Notes under the pieces: generated by a model
The model's database searches: none
What the model saw: only the letters and a program-made list of their open reading frames with translations
Told to the model about the DNA's origin: nothing
Shown here: piece by piece, positions 45,197 through 58,459 of the stretch
Position numbering within the stretch: position 1 is the stretch's first letter
Layout: every line of letters starts with the position of its first letter
Program-made: the position numbers and the translations under genes
NCBI GenBank assembly: GCA_946415315.1
Contig: CAMKRZ010000006.1
Location: forward strand, 4,168-68,167
Length of the DNA stretch: 64,000 nucleotides
Reading direction: 5' to 3'
From: an uncultured Lachnoclostridium sp.
GTDB lineage: Bacteria > Bacillota > Clostridia > Lachnospirales > Lachnospiraceae

Positions 45197-46538
45197 CCCT
45201 CTTCACCTCCGGGATATCCGAGTTGTCCGCCATGACATCGGCGCCGAAGATCTCAAACTCCTTCGCGTACTTCCGGTATCCGATGTTCACGAGCATGTAA
45301 ATGCTCTTGATGGTCCGGATCTTGGTCAGATCCAGCCGCTTCCATATATTTTTCCAGGAGTACGCCTCCTTCCACGCCCACGCGATCCCGGCCTCCAGCT
45401 CGTCCTTCGTCATCTGCTTCGGCTGATAGACACAGTGCTCCACGTCGTACATGGCGAAATCCCGCTCGATGATGCGCCCCTGGCTCTCGAGTTCGCGGTA
45501 GAACTCCGTCCCGGGGAACGGCGTGATGATGGAAAATCTCGGCAGATCGATCTTCGCTTCAACACACAGCTCGACGGTGCGCCGGAACACATCCGGGCCG
45601 TCCTCGTCCGCGCCGAACGCGAAGCATCCCATCACCATGATGCCCTTGCGGTGGAGCTTCTTCATGAGTTCCTTGTACTCGCCGACGCGGTTGACACCCT
45701 TGTGGATACTCTTCTGCGTCTCCTGGTTGACCGACTCAAAACCGATGAGCAGGCCCTTGCAGCCGCTCTTTTTGAACAGGTTGAGCATCTCGTCGCTGTG
45801 TCCGATGGCCGTGGTCGTCAGACCGAACCACCACTTCCTTAACGGGATCATCGCCGTGAACAGCTCCTTCGCGTACTTCATGTCCGCGATCAGGTTCACG
45901 TCCGGGAAAATGACCGGCTTCCCCTTGAACGTCTTGATCTCCGCGATGACATCCTCCACGGGGCGTGTGATCACGCGCCGTCCGAACGCCGCGGGATACG
46001 CGCAGAAGGTGCACGCGTGGTTGCAGCCGCGCACGGCTTCCACCGTGTTAAGCGTGATGTATTTTTCTTTCTTCAGAAGATCCTTCCGAGGCAGCGGACG
46101 GTTCGAGATATCCACGCAGCCGTCCCCGCGGTAGACCGGTTTCAGACAGCCGTCGCGGATGTCCAGAAGCGCCTGCGGGAACGTCTTCTCACCGAGGCCG
46201 ATCATAATGGCGTCCGCATGCTCCGCCGCCTCCTCAGGCGCAAGCGACGGATGCACACCGCCGAGAAGCACCTTCTTGCCGAGGCTTCGGAAGTAATCGG
46301 CGTACCGGTAGCAGCGGGAGGAAGTTCCCGTGATGCAGGTGATCGCGATGACATCGGCGTCGGTGTCGAGCGGGATCGCCTCCGCGGTCTCGTCGTAGAT
46401 CACGACCTCCGCGTTCAACTCCGCAGGAACAAGGGCCGCCAGAAGCGCCAGCGTGATCGGCGCGTAGTGCAGTCCCTTGTGAAACATTCCGTTGTACCGG
46501 TGCATCGCCCCTGCGGGCGAGAGAAGTGCTATTTTCAT
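45165..46538 (-). CDS. B12-binding-domain radical SAM protein (paralogue 1)
   Basis: 457 aa starting MKIALLSPAG..., with DVIAITCITGTSSRCY, GGVHPSL and the cluster motif VRGCNHACTFCAY. It starts 12 nt after the permease stop. Confidence 0.9.
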   Translation of the reverse strand: MKIALLSPAGAMHRYNGMFHKGLHYAPITLALLAALVPAELNAEVVIYDETAEAIPLDTDADVIAITCITGTSSRCYRYADYFRSLGKKVLLGGVHPSLAPEEAAEHADAIMIGLGEKTFPQALLDIRDGCLKPVYRGDGCVDISNRPLPRKDLLKKEKYITLNTVEAVRGCNHACTFCAYPAAFGRRVITRPVEDVIAEIKTFKGKPVIFPDVNLIADMKYAKELFTAMIPLRKWWFGLTTTAIGHSDEMLNLFKKSGCKGLLIGFESVNQETQKSIHKGVNRVGEYKELMKKLHRKGIMVMGCFAFGADEDGPDVFRRTVELCVEAKIDLPRFSIITPFPGTEFYRELESQGRIIERDFAMYDVEHCVYQPKQMTKDELEAGIAWAWKEAYSWKNIWKRLDLTKIRTIKSIYMLVNIGYRKYAKEFEIFGADVMADNSDIPEVKRDENSVSDAVR

Positions 46539-46550
46539 AGGTTTCCTACC

Positions 46551-47699
46551 TCAGCGAATCGGGATAAACGAGGAGATCGCCATCAGGATGACGGCGGCCG
46601 CGACGAAAGCGATCAGAACCTTGCTGCCGGAATGTTTACCGAGCAGCAACGGGCTTAACGGATCCCTCATCGCCTGCTTGTACGCGGGCAGCACGACAAG
46701 CACGAGGATGATCGACAGCGCCCCCGCTCCGATCTGCACAACATCGAGGACACTCAGCGGGATCACGATCGCGATCAGCGCGGCAGGCAACGTGGCGATG
46801 AGCCAGGATTTCCTCGGCGATGTCTCAAACTCTCCGCCGACGACATCCGCGAAGGCGATGCCGCTGGACCAGAAGGAGCTGATCATCGCGAACACCACCA
46901 AAAGTGAGCACAATACTTTGACGACCGGCATGCCGATCCCGTCGGAAAGACCGATCGTCGCAACCTCGGTAACCTCCTTCGACCCGAGGATGACCGCGAA
47001 CGCGAACAGCACCGTGAGCAGCGCGTTGAGCGTCAGTCCGCCGAGGAGCGCCCTGCGGGTCAGCTCCGGCTTCTCAATGTGCTCGCACACCTGCAGGACG
47101 GCAAATATCGCGGAAAATGCAAACATGAACAGCCCGTACACCGCCATCACAACGCTGCCCTTTCCGAGCGTCACATTGAGAGTCCCTTTGACATGCGTCA
47201 GTGACAGCGCTGTGAGAACGAGAACGACGCATCCGATCAGGAACACCGACACTTTCTCGCCCCAGCCCATGCCTTTGACTCCGAACATGATAACCGCAGT
47301 GGCGATCCCGTAGAACAGAAACACCGCCGGCTTGCTGTCCATACCGGTCAGATCCGACAGGACGTCGCCCGCGCACATGAGATACACGACAAGGTTTTCC
47401 AGCAGAAGAAGCACGAGCAGCACCAGGAACAGAAGCGATAACCGTTTTCTTCTCCCCTCGCTGAACAGATGCTCCGAAAGGATCGCCAGAAAATCGCCCG
47501 GATAGCTCGAATTGCGTGCCAGGTCGGCGATGATCAGATACAGCGCGGCGCTTGCGGCATAGGCGACTAACAGCGCGACAAACGTTCCGATCACGCCGAT
47601 CTTATCGACCGCGTAAGGGATCGTAAGGATGCCGGTCCCCACTCCCGCTCCTGTCACGAGCATCAGCGATTCCGTAAATGTGAGTTTCTTTTCCTGCAC
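46551..47699 (-). CDS. Amino-acid permease, hydroxy/aromatic amino acid permease (HAAAP; Trp/Tyr/Ser-type)-like
   Basis: 382 aa with about 11 TM helices. The N-terminus SLMLVTGAGVGTGILTIPYA resembles the Trp_Tyr_perm signature. The start is GTG, with GGGAGG 5 nt upstream. Confidence 0.75.
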   Translation of the reverse strand: MQEKKLTFTESLMLVTGAGVGTGILTIPYAVDKIGVIGTFVALLVAYAASAALYLIIADLARNSSYPGDFLAILSEHLFSEGRRKRLSLLFLVLLVLLLLENLVVYLMCAGDVLSDLTGMDSKPAVFLFYGIATAVIMFGVKGMGWGEKVSVFLIGCVVLVLTALSLTHVKGTLNVTLGKGSVVMAVYGLFMFAFSAIFAVLQVCEHIEKPELTRRALLGGLTLNALLTVLFAFAVILGSKEVTEVATIGLSDGIGMPVVKVLCSLLVVFAMISSFWSSGIAFADVVGGEFETSPRKSWLIATLPAALIAIVIPLSVLDVVQIGAGALSIILVLVVLPAYKQAMRDPLSPLLLGKHSGSKVLIAFVAAAVILMAISSFIPIR

Positions 47700-47737
47700 G
47701 TTTGCCTCCCGATCAACAGCGATTGATTATTTTATTT

Positions 47738-47766
47738 ATTGTACCATCGATTAAATGCGGTTTCAA
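47738..47766 (-). promoter_or_regulatory. Promoter of the permease/radical-SAM operon
   Basis: Minus strand TTGAAA (47766..47761), 17 nt, TACAAT (47743..47738). It lies directly after the dapL terminator. Confidence 0.7.
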
Positions 47767-47791
47767 GAGCGAGCCCCTGAAACGCTGCGAC

Positions 47792-47827
47792 ACAAAATCA
47801 GGCGGGACCGTCTTCGGGTCCCGCCTG
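47792..47827 (-). terminator. Intrinsic terminator after dapL
   Basis: Minus strand CAGGCGGGACCC-gaaga-CGGUCCCGCCUG followed by AUUUUGU. Confidence 0.8.
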
Positions 47828-47867
47828 AAACAATTCCTGTTTTTTCTGTTTATCGGCGTTCCGCAGT

Positions 47868-49049
47868 CTATTGCAACAGCTCCACGAGCCGTCTTGCAGC
47901 CTCCTCCGTGTCCTCCCTGCTTCCGAACGTCGAGAAGCGGAAGAAGCCTTCGCCGCAGGAGCCGAAGCCCTCACCGGGCGTACCGACCACCTGGATCTTC
48001 GTGAGAAGCAGGTCGAAGAACTCCCAGCTGCCCATGCCGTTCGGGCACTTCATCCAGATGTACGGCGCGTTCTTGCCGCCGCAGTACCAGATGCCGAGCT
48101 TGTCGAGAGCTCGCATCAGGATCGCCGCATTTTCCTTGTAGAAGCGGATGTTCTCATGGATCTGACGCTGGCCTTCCTCCGTGAACACCGCGGAGCCGCC
48201 GCGCTGCAGAATGTACGAGACGCCGTTGGTCTTCGTCGTGCGGTTGCGAACCCACATCGCGTTTAAGTTCATGCCCGCGCGCTCCAGCGTCTTCGGGATC
48301 ACGGTATATCCGAGACGCGTCCCGGTGAAGCCCGCCGTCTTCGACAGGGAGCAGATCTCGATCGCGCATGTCCGCGCGCCCGGGATTTCGAAAATGCTGT
48401 GCGGAAGCTCGGGATCCTCGATAAATGCCTCATACGCCGCGTCGAAGAGGATCACCGCACCGGTCCTGTTCGCGTACTCCACCCATTTTTCGAGGGCATC
48501 GCGGCCGAACACCGCGCCCGTCGGGTTGTTCGGCGAGCAAATGTACAGCACATCCGCCCTCGTGTTCTCATCGGGAAGCGGCAGGAAGCCGTTGTCAATG
48601 CCAGACGAGAGATGCACTACCTTGCGGCCGTCCATCACGTTCGCATCCACGTACGCGGGATACGCGGGCTCGATCACGAGCGAGCTGTTGCTCTGGTCAA
48701 ACAGGGCGAGAATATCGCCGAGCTCGTCGCTTGCTCCGCTCGAGACGAACACCTCGTCGGAATCCAGCTGCACGCCGCGTTTTCCGTAGTACTCCGCGAT
48801 GCACTCCCGCAGAAACGGCGCGCCGCACTCCGGCATGTAGCCGTGGAAGCTCTCCTTCACCGCCTGGTCGTCAACGGCCGCGTGAAGCTCGCGGATCACC
48901 GCGTCGCAGAGCGGCAGCGACACATCACCGATGCCCATGCGGTACAGGTGCATGCCCGGATTTTCCTCGAGATATTTCTTCGTCTTCTGCGCGATATGAT
49001 AAAAGAGATAGGACTCCTTCAGATCCGCGTAATGCATGTTAGGTTTCAT
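47868..49049 (-). CDS. dapL: LL-diaminopimelate aminotransferase
   Basis: 393 aa. It has an N-terminal YADLKESYLFYHIAQK (DapL-type N..L...YLF motif), SLSKTAGFTGTRLGY (PLP lysine) and a class I aminotransferase layout. Confidence 0.8.
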   Translation of the reverse strand: MKPNMHYADLKESYLFYHIAQKTKKYLEENPGMHLYRMGIGDVSLPLCDAVIRELHAAVDDQAVKESFHGYMPECGAPFLRECIAEYYGKRGVQLDSDEVFVSSGASDELGDILALFDQSNSSLVIEPAYPAYVDANVMDGRKVVHLSSGIDNGFLPLPDENTRADVLYICSPNNPTGAVFGRDALEKWVEYANRTGAVILFDAAYEAFIEDPELPHSIFEIPGARTCAIEICSLSKTAGFTGTRLGYTVIPKTLERAGMNLNAMWVRNRTTKTNGVSYILQRGGSAVFTEEGQRQIHENIRFYKENAAILMRALDKLGIWYCGGKNAPYIWMKCPNGMGSWEFFDLLLTKIQVVGTPGEGFGSCGEGFFRFSTFGSREDTEEAARRLVELLQ

Positions 49050-49082
49050 GGTTTGAATCGTTCCTTTCGTTCGTTTCGTGTG

Positions 49083-52000
49083 TCACTCCGCGTCGATCGT
49101 CGAGACGCGCATCGTGCCTTCCTCGAGCACCTGCAGCACAAGCCGCACGGTGTCGAGCGAAGTGAGAAGCGGTACGTTGTTCTGCGCCGCGACACGGCGG
49201 ATGGCCACGCCGTCCCCGTAGTGCACGCCGGAGATGATGGCTCTCGTGTTGATCACGTAGCTCACGTAGCCGGCCTTGATCGACTCCAGAACTTCCTCGC
49301 TGCCCTCGCTCGGCTTGTGGCGGATCCTCGTGCGGATTCCGTGCTCCTTGAGCACTTCGCCCGTGAGCGAGGTCGCCTCAATGTTGAAGCCCATATCGTA
49401 GAACCGCTTGATGAGCGGCAGCGTCTCCTCCTTGTCCTCGTCCGCGACGCTGACTAAAACCGTGCCGTAGCTCTTGAGCGTAAGGCCCGATGCGATGAGC
49501 GCCTTGTACGCCGCGCGGTGCAGCAGCTTGTCGTAGCCGATGGCCTCGCCGGTCGATTTCATCTCAGGCGAGAGATACGCGTCCATGCCGAACAGTTTCG
49601 AGAAGGAAAATGCGGGCACCTTCACGTAGTAGCGCTCTTTCTCCTTCGGATAGATCTCCGTGATGCCCTGCTCCTTTAAGGAGACGCCGAGCGACACGAG
49701 CGTTCCGATGTCAGCGAGCGGGTAGCCGGTCGCCTTCGAGAGGAACGGCACCGTTCTCGAGGAACGGGGGTTCACCTCGATGATGTAGACCGTGTCGGTC
49801 GGATCCACGATGAACTGAATGTTGTACAGTCCTCGGATCCCGATGCCGATGCCGAGCCGCTTTGTATAGTCAAGAATGGTCTGCTTCACCTTGTCCGAGA
49901 GGCTGTAGGAAGGATACACACTGATGGAGTCGCCGGAATGCACGCCGGTGCGCTCCACAAGCTCCATGATGCCCGGAACAAACACGTCCGTCCCGTCGCA
50001 CACGGCATCCACCTCGACCTCCTTGCCGCGGATGTAGCGGTCCACCAGGACCGGCTTGTCCTCGTCGATCTGCACGGCCGTGCGCATGTACTCCCACAGC
50101 GACTCTTCCTTCGCCACGATCTGCATCGCGCGTCCGCCGAGCACGAAGCTCGGACGTACCAGAACCGGATAGCCGATCTCCTTCGCGGCCTCGATACCCG
50201 CCTCGATGCTCGTGACCGCGCGGCCTGTCGGCTGCGGGATATTGAGCTCCAGGAGCAGGTGCTCGAACGAGTCGCGGTTTTCCGCCTTGTCAATGGCGTC
50301 ACAGTCCGTACCGAGGATCTTCACGCCGCGTCTCGCCAGAGGCTCCGCGAGGTTGACGGCCGTCTGACCGCCGAGTGTCACGATGACACCCTCGGGGTTC
50401 TCGAGCCGGATGATGTTCATCACGTCCTCGACGCAGAGCGGCTCAAAATACAGTTTATCCGAGCAGGTGTAGTCCGTCGAAACCGTCTCGGGATTGTTGT
50501 TGATGACAATGGCCTCGTAGCCCGCCTTCTGGATCGTCTGCACCGCATGCACGGTGGAGTAATCGAACTCCACGCCCTGTCCGATGCGGATCGGGCCGGA
50601 ACCGAGCACGATGACTTTCTTCTTGTCCGAGACGCGGGACTCATTTTCCTCCTCGTAGGTCGAGTAGAAATACGGGATGTAGCTCTCGAACTCCGAGGCG
50701 CACGTGTCGATCATCTTGTAGACCGGCATGATCCCGTTCTCTTCCCTCATTCGGAAAATGTCGACCTCGCCCATGCCCCACAGACCCGCGATCTCGCGGT
50801 CGGACATACCGATCCTCTTGGCCCTGTACAACGCATCGATGTCGCCGGGTGCCTTGCGGACAGCCTCCTCAGCCTCGATGATGTTGCGGATCTTCCGAAG
50901 GAAGAACAGGTCGATCGCCGTCACGTGAGCGATGGTCTTGATCGTGCATCCCTTGCGAATGAGTTCCGCGATCGCGTACAGACGGTCGTCGGTGCCGATG
51001 CGGATGTACGCGAGCAGCTCGTCCACGGACTGCTCCTCAAACTTCGCCATGCGAAGCTGCGTGACGCCGTTCTCCAGCGAGCGAATGCCCTTTAAGAGGC
51101 TCTCCTCGAACGTGCGGCCGACGCTCATGACCTCGCCGGTTGCTTTCATCTGCGTCGAGAGCGTGTTGTTCGCGTCAGCGAATTTGTCGAACGGAAAACG
51201 AGGCAGTTTCGTGACCACATAGTCGAGCGCCGGCTCGAACGATGCGGGCGTGTTGGCGATGTGGATCTCGTCGAGCGTCATGCCGATGCCGATCTTCGCG
51301 GATACGCGCGCGATCGGGTAGCCGCTCGCCTTCGACGCAAGCGCCGAGGAGCGGGACACTCTGGGGTTGACCTCGATCAGATAGTACTGGAACGACTTCG
51401 GGTCGAGCGCAAACTGCACGTTGCAGCCGCCCTCGATCTGCAGCGCCCGGATGATCTTAAGAGCGCTGTCGCGAAGCATGTGATACTCTTTGTTTGTCAA
51501 AGTCTGCGAAGGGCAGACAACAACGGAATCGCCCGTGTGGATACCCACCGGGTCGAGATTTTCCATGTTACAGATGGTGATCGCGGTATCGTTCTTATCA
51601 CGCATCACCTCATACTCGATCTCCTTGTAGCCGCGCACGCTGCGCTCCACAAGAACCTGGCTGACCGGGGACAGCTCAAGCGCGTGCTTGAGCATCGGAA
51701 GGAAATCCTCCTCCTTCTCGACAAATCCGCCGCCCGTGCCGCCCAGGGTAAAGGCGGGGCGAAGCACAACCGGGAAGCCGATCCGCGAAACCGCCTCAAG
51801 ACCTTCCTCCACCGTGCTCACGGTCTCCGAAGGCAGCACCGGCTCTCCGAGGCTCTCGCACAGCTCCTTGAAGAGCTCGCGGTCCTCCGCCTGCTCGATA
51901 CTGCGGCTTCTCGTGCCGAGGAGTTCCACACGGCACTCCTTCAGGATTCCCTTGCGCTCCAGCTGGATCGCAAGGTTCAAGCCGGTCTGTCCGCCGATGC

Positions 52001-52265
52001 CGGGCAGGATCGCGTCCGGCCGCTCGTAGCGGATGATCTTCGCGAGATACTCAAGCGTCAACGGCTCCATATAGACTTTGTCGGCAATTCTCGTGTCTGT
52101 CATGATGGTTGCGGGGTTCGAGTTGCACAGCACAACCTCGTAACCTTCCTCGCGAAGGGCAAGGCAGGCCTGCGTTCCCGCATAGTCAAACTCCGCCGCC
52201 TGGCCGATGACGATCGGGCCGGAGCCGATGACCAGCACTTTTCTGATGTCCGTACGCTTCGGCAT
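49083..52265 (-). CDS. carB: Carbamoyl-phosphate synthase large subunit
   Basis: 1060 aa starting MPKRTDIRKVLVIGSGPIVIGQAAEFDYAGTQA, with duplicated ATP-grasp halves and an MGS-like C-terminus. Confidence 0.97.
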   Translation of the reverse strand: MPKRTDIRKVLVIGSGPIVIGQAAEFDYAGTQACLALREEGYEVVLCNSNPATIMTDTRIADKVYMEPLTLEYLAKIIRYERPDAILPGIGGQTGLNLAIQLERKGILKECRVELLGTRSRSIEQAEDRELFKELCESLGEPVLPSETVSTVEEGLEAVSRIGFPVVLRPAFTLGGTGGGFVEKEEDFLPMLKHALELSPVSQVLVERSVRGYKEIEYEVMRDKNDTAITICNMENLDPVGIHTGDSVVVCPSQTLTNKEYHMLRDSALKIIRALQIEGGCNVQFALDPKSFQYYLIEVNPRVSRSSALASKASGYPIARVSAKIGIGMTLDEIHIANTPASFEPALDYVVTKLPRFPFDKFADANNTLSTQMKATGEVMSVGRTFEESLLKGIRSLENGVTQLRMAKFEEQSVDELLAYIRIGTDDRLYAIAELIRKGCTIKTIAHVTAIDLFFLRKIRNIIEAEEAVRKAPGDIDALYRAKRIGMSDREIAGLWGMGEVDIFRMREENGIMPVYKMIDTCASEFESYIPYFYSTYEEENESRVSDKKKVIVLGSGPIRIGQGVEFDYSTVHAVQTIQKAGYEAIVINNNPETVSTDYTCSDKLYFEPLCVEDVMNIIRLENPEGVIVTLGGQTAVNLAEPLARRGVKILGTDCDAIDKAENRDSFEHLLLELNIPQPTGRAVTSIEAGIEAAKEIGYPVLVRPSFVLGGRAMQIVAKEESLWEYMRTAVQIDEDKPVLVDRYIRGKEVEVDAVCDGTDVFVPGIMELVERTGVHSGDSISVYPSYSLSDKVKQTILDYTKRLGIGIGIRGLYNIQFIVDPTDTVYIIEVNPRSSRTVPFLSKATGYPLADIGTLVSLGVSLKEQGITEIYPKEKERYYVKVPAFSFSKLFGMDAYLSPEMKSTGEAIGYDKLLHRAAYKALIASGLTLKSYGTVLVSVADEDKEETLPLIKRFYDMGFNIEATSLTGEVLKEHGIRTRIRHKPSEGSEEVLESIKAGYVSYVINTRAIISGVHYGDGVAIRRVAAQNNVPLLTSLDTVRLVLQVLEEGTMRVSTIDAE

Positions 52266-52268
52266 GGC

Positions 52269-53489
52269 TCACTCCCCCTTCCCACGCAGTTCGCCGGCAG
52301 CGTCTGCTGACACACTGCTGTCGACGGTCCCTGCGACCTGATTTTCCGACGAACCCGCCGTTTTCTCCGGCCGGTCACTCAGATTCAGCTTGCCGGTTTT
52401 CATCATGCTGACGAACCGGTCAAAAAGGTAGCTGCTGTCCTGCGGTCCGGGCGCGCTCTCCGGGTGGTACTGCACGCTGAACGCAAGCTTCTCGGGGCAC
52501 GCAACGCCCTCGATCGTGTTGTCCAGAAGATTGATATGAGTGGGCACCAGCGGCGTTCCGATAAGGCTCGCCGCATCCACCGCGTAGGAATGGTTCTGCG
52601 ACGTGATCTCAATCCTGCCGGTGGAGAGTTCCTTCACGGGATGGTTTCCGCCGCGGTGACCGAATTTGAGTTTGTATGTCTCCGCGCCGAACGCAAGCGA
52701 AAGGATCTGATGTCCGAGACAAATGCCGAAGATCGGCTTCTTGCCGATCAGCTTCCGAACGGTCTCAATGGTCGCGGACACATCCTTCGGATCTCCGGGG
52801 CCGTTCGAGATAAAGACGCCGTCCGGGTGCAGCGCAAGGATCGTCTCCGCAGGTGTGTTCCAGGGAACCACCGTTACCTTGCACCCCCGCCTGTTCAGCG
52901 AACGCACAATGTTCTGTTTCATGCCGCAGTCGATCGCGACAACATCGACGGGATCGATGGCGTATGCCAGCGCGTATTTGGCCTTCGACACCCACGTCTC
53001 TGCGCAGCTCACGCGCGAGACCGCGTCCGTGGGCACGACATACTCCCGCAGTTTTGCGAGACACTCCTCGACCGGCGTATCCGCATCGGTGATGATCGCG
53101 AGGCGGCTTCCGTAATCACGCACGGAACGCGCGATCTTCCGCGTGTCCACACCGCTCAGACCGACGATGTCATATTCCTTCATCACATCCCCGAGCGTCC
53201 GCGTGCTCCGGAAGTTCGACGGTTCGTCGTTGTACTCCCGCACGACCAGCGCGCCGATCGTCGGCCTTAGCGACTCGTAATCGTCGTCCGCCATGCCGTA
53301 GTTGCCGATCAGCGGATAGGTCATCACTACCGCCTGGTCCGTGTACGACGGATCCGAGAGGATCTCCTGGTAACCGACCATCGAAGTGTTGAACACCAGC
53401 TCGAGTATTTTCTCACCGTCCGCGCCGAACGGATCGCCGATGTACTGCTGCCCGTCCTCGAGGACTATTTTCCGTTTTGCAGAATTCAT
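52269..53489 (-). CDS. carA: Carbamoyl-phosphate synthase small (glutaminase) subunit, with a ~40-aa low-complexity C-terminal tail
   Basis: 406 aa. It has GICLGHQ (catalytic Cys) and the HRGGNHPV and YHPE triad elements. The stop is 3 nt before carB. Confidence 0.95.
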   Translation of the reverse strand: MNSAKRKIVLEDGQQYIGDPFGADGEKILELVFNTSMVGYQEILSDPSYTDQAVVMTYPLIGNYGMADDDYESLRPTIGALVVREYNDEPSNFRSTRTLGDVMKEYDIVGLSGVDTRKIARSVRDYGSRLAIITDADTPVEECLAKLREYVVPTDAVSRVSCAETWVSKAKYALAYAIDPVDVVAIDCGMKQNIVRSLNRRGCKVTVVPWNTPAETILALHPDGVFISNGPGDPKDVSATIETVRKLIGKKPIFGICLGHQILSLAFGAETYKLKFGHRGGNHPVKELSTGRIEITSQNHSYAVDAASLIGTPLVPTHINLLDNTIEGVACPEKLAFSVQYHPESAPGPQDSSYLFDRFVSMMKTGKLNLSDRPEKTAGSSENQVAGTVDSSVSADAAGELRGKGE

Positions 53490-53572
53490 ATTCCGCTTCC
53501 TTTCGCACCTGAAGTGCCGTTGATTTTATCCTGCACACCAACATCCATTATACTCACTTCGTCAAGTCCCCT

Positions 53573-54988
53573 CTACTCGCTGTCGGACAATCTCCGCTCA
53601 AACCGGTTCTTGCCCTCACCGCGAGGCACCGACGTCGGATAGTTCCCGTCGAAGCAGGCGCTGCAGAAGCCCTGACCGCCGGCGAGTTCCGACAGCCGAT
53701 CGGTCGGAAAATACCCGAGCGTGTCCGCTCCGATCATCTCCGCGATCTGCGCCGTCGTGTGCTCCGTCGCGATCAGCGATGAAGTCGAATCGACGTCCGT
53801 TCCGTAGTAGCACGGAAAACGGAACGGCGGCGCCGTGATCCGCATGTGGATCTCCGTAGCGCCGGCATCGCGCAGAAGCCGCACGATCTGCGCGCTCGTC
53901 GTGCCGCGCACGATCGAGTCGTCCACCAGCACCACTCTCTTGCCGCTCACGACGCTCTCGATCGGGGAAAGCTTGATCTTCACCTGCGTCGAGCGGTCGG
54001 TCGGCGCGATGAACGTCCGCCCGATGTACTTATTTTTCACAAGGCCGACACCGTACGGAATGCCCGATCTCCGGCTGTAGCCGAGCGCCGCGTCGATGCC
54101 CGAATCCGGAACGCCGATGACGATGTCCGCCTCCGCCGGGTGCGTCTCTGCGAGGATCTCGCCCGCGAGCACGCGCGAATCATGCACCGAAACCCCGTCG
54201 ATCACGGAGTCCGGTCTCGCAAAATAAATATACTCAAACACACAGAGCCGCTTGCCGGCCGTGCCGCAGTGTTCGCGCCGCGACGTCACGCCGTCCTTCG
54301 AGAACACGAGTATCTCGCCGGGCTCCACATCACGCAGAAAATGCGCCCCGACCGCGCGAAGCGCGCAGCTCTCGGACGCAATCACATATCCGCCGCCGGG
54401 CAGACTTCCGTAGCAAAGCGGGCGGAAGCCTTGCGGGTCACGCACGCAGATCAGTTTCTGCGGCGACATCAAAATCAGGGAATACGCCCCGCGAAAATGC
54501 CCCATCGCGCGGCTTACCGCCTCCTCGATGGAGGGGGCCGAGAGTCTCTCCCGCGTCACGATGTACGCGATCGTCTCCGTGTCGCTCGTCGAGTGAAAGA
54601 TCGCTCCCGCGAGTTCGAGTTCCGTGCGCAGGGCGGACGCGTTGGCGAGATTGCCGTTGTGCGCGATCGCCATGCGGCCCTTCTGGTGGTTCACCTCGAT
54701 CGGCTGACAGTTGCTCCGATTGTTCCCGCCGGTCGTGCCGTAACGCGCGTGCGCAACCGCCATCGTCCCCTGCGGAAGATGCGAAAGGGTCTCCCCCGCA
54801 AACACCTCGCTGACAAGTCCGATGTCCTTGTGCGATGCAAACACACCGTCGTCGTTGACGACGATGCCGCAGCTCTCCTGTCCGCGGTGCTGCAGCGCAT
54901 ACAGTCCGTAGTAGCACGTCGCCGCAACATCGGTCACCTCCGGCGTGATCACACCGAACACGCCGCATTCCTCGTGGATACTGCTCAT
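53573..54988 (-). CDS. purF: Amidophosphoribosyltransferase
   Basis: Start chosen at ATG 54988. MSSIHEECGVFGV is a propeptide plus the Ntn catalytic Cys. A PRTase motif VVLVDDSIVRGTT and C-terminal Cys ligands are present. Confidence 0.95.
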   Translation of the reverse strand: MSSIHEECGVFGVITPEVTDVAATCYYGLYALQHRGQESCGIVVNDDGVFASHKDIGLVSEVFAGETLSHLPQGTMAVAHARYGTTGGNNRSNCQPIEVNHQKGRMAIAHNGNLANASALRTELELAGAIFHSTSDTETIAYIVTRERLSAPSIEEAVSRAMGHFRGAYSLILMSPQKLICVRDPQGFRPLCYGSLPGGGYVIASESCALRAVGAHFLRDVEPGEILVFSKDGVTSRREHCGTAGKRLCVFEYIYFARPDSVIDGVSVHDSRVLAGEILAETHPAEADIVIGVPDSGIDAALGYSRRSGIPYGVGLVKNKYIGRTFIAPTDRSTQVKIKLSPIESVVSGKRVVLVDDSIVRGTTSAQIVRLLRDAGATEIHMRITAPPFRFPCYYGTDVDSTSSLIATEHTTAQIAEMIGADTLGYFPTDRLSELAGGQGFCSACFDGNYPTSVPRGEGKNRFERRLSDSE

Positions 54989-55077
54989 ACTCTCTCCGAC
55001 CTTTCCCGCCGCTTCACGACGAAGATTCACGGATACTGTGTCAATCTCTCAGCCCGTGCTTGTTCCGCTCCCGCGGC

Positions 55078-58289
<3,212 letters not shown>

Positions 58290-58459
58290 ACGCCTGTTTC
58301 CTCCGAAATCTTGTTTGTCTTTTATACCATTGTTGGGGAAGCGCCCTGTTTGCAAGCGCTTCCCCTCGATGTTTTTATGTTTTCTTTCTGTCTCTGACCG
58401 GGCACAATGCTTTGGAAAATGTTCCGCTGCTCTTATGTGTGCCGGTCCCGGAGATTGTC

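Noticed and set aside
58335-58365. GGGGAAGCGC...GCGCTTCCCC hairpin between amt and asnB as a standard terminator
   Set aside because: On the coding (minus) strand it is followed by AACAAUGG, not a U-tract. The T-rich run is on the non-coding strand. It is mentioned only as a possible weak or processing site.
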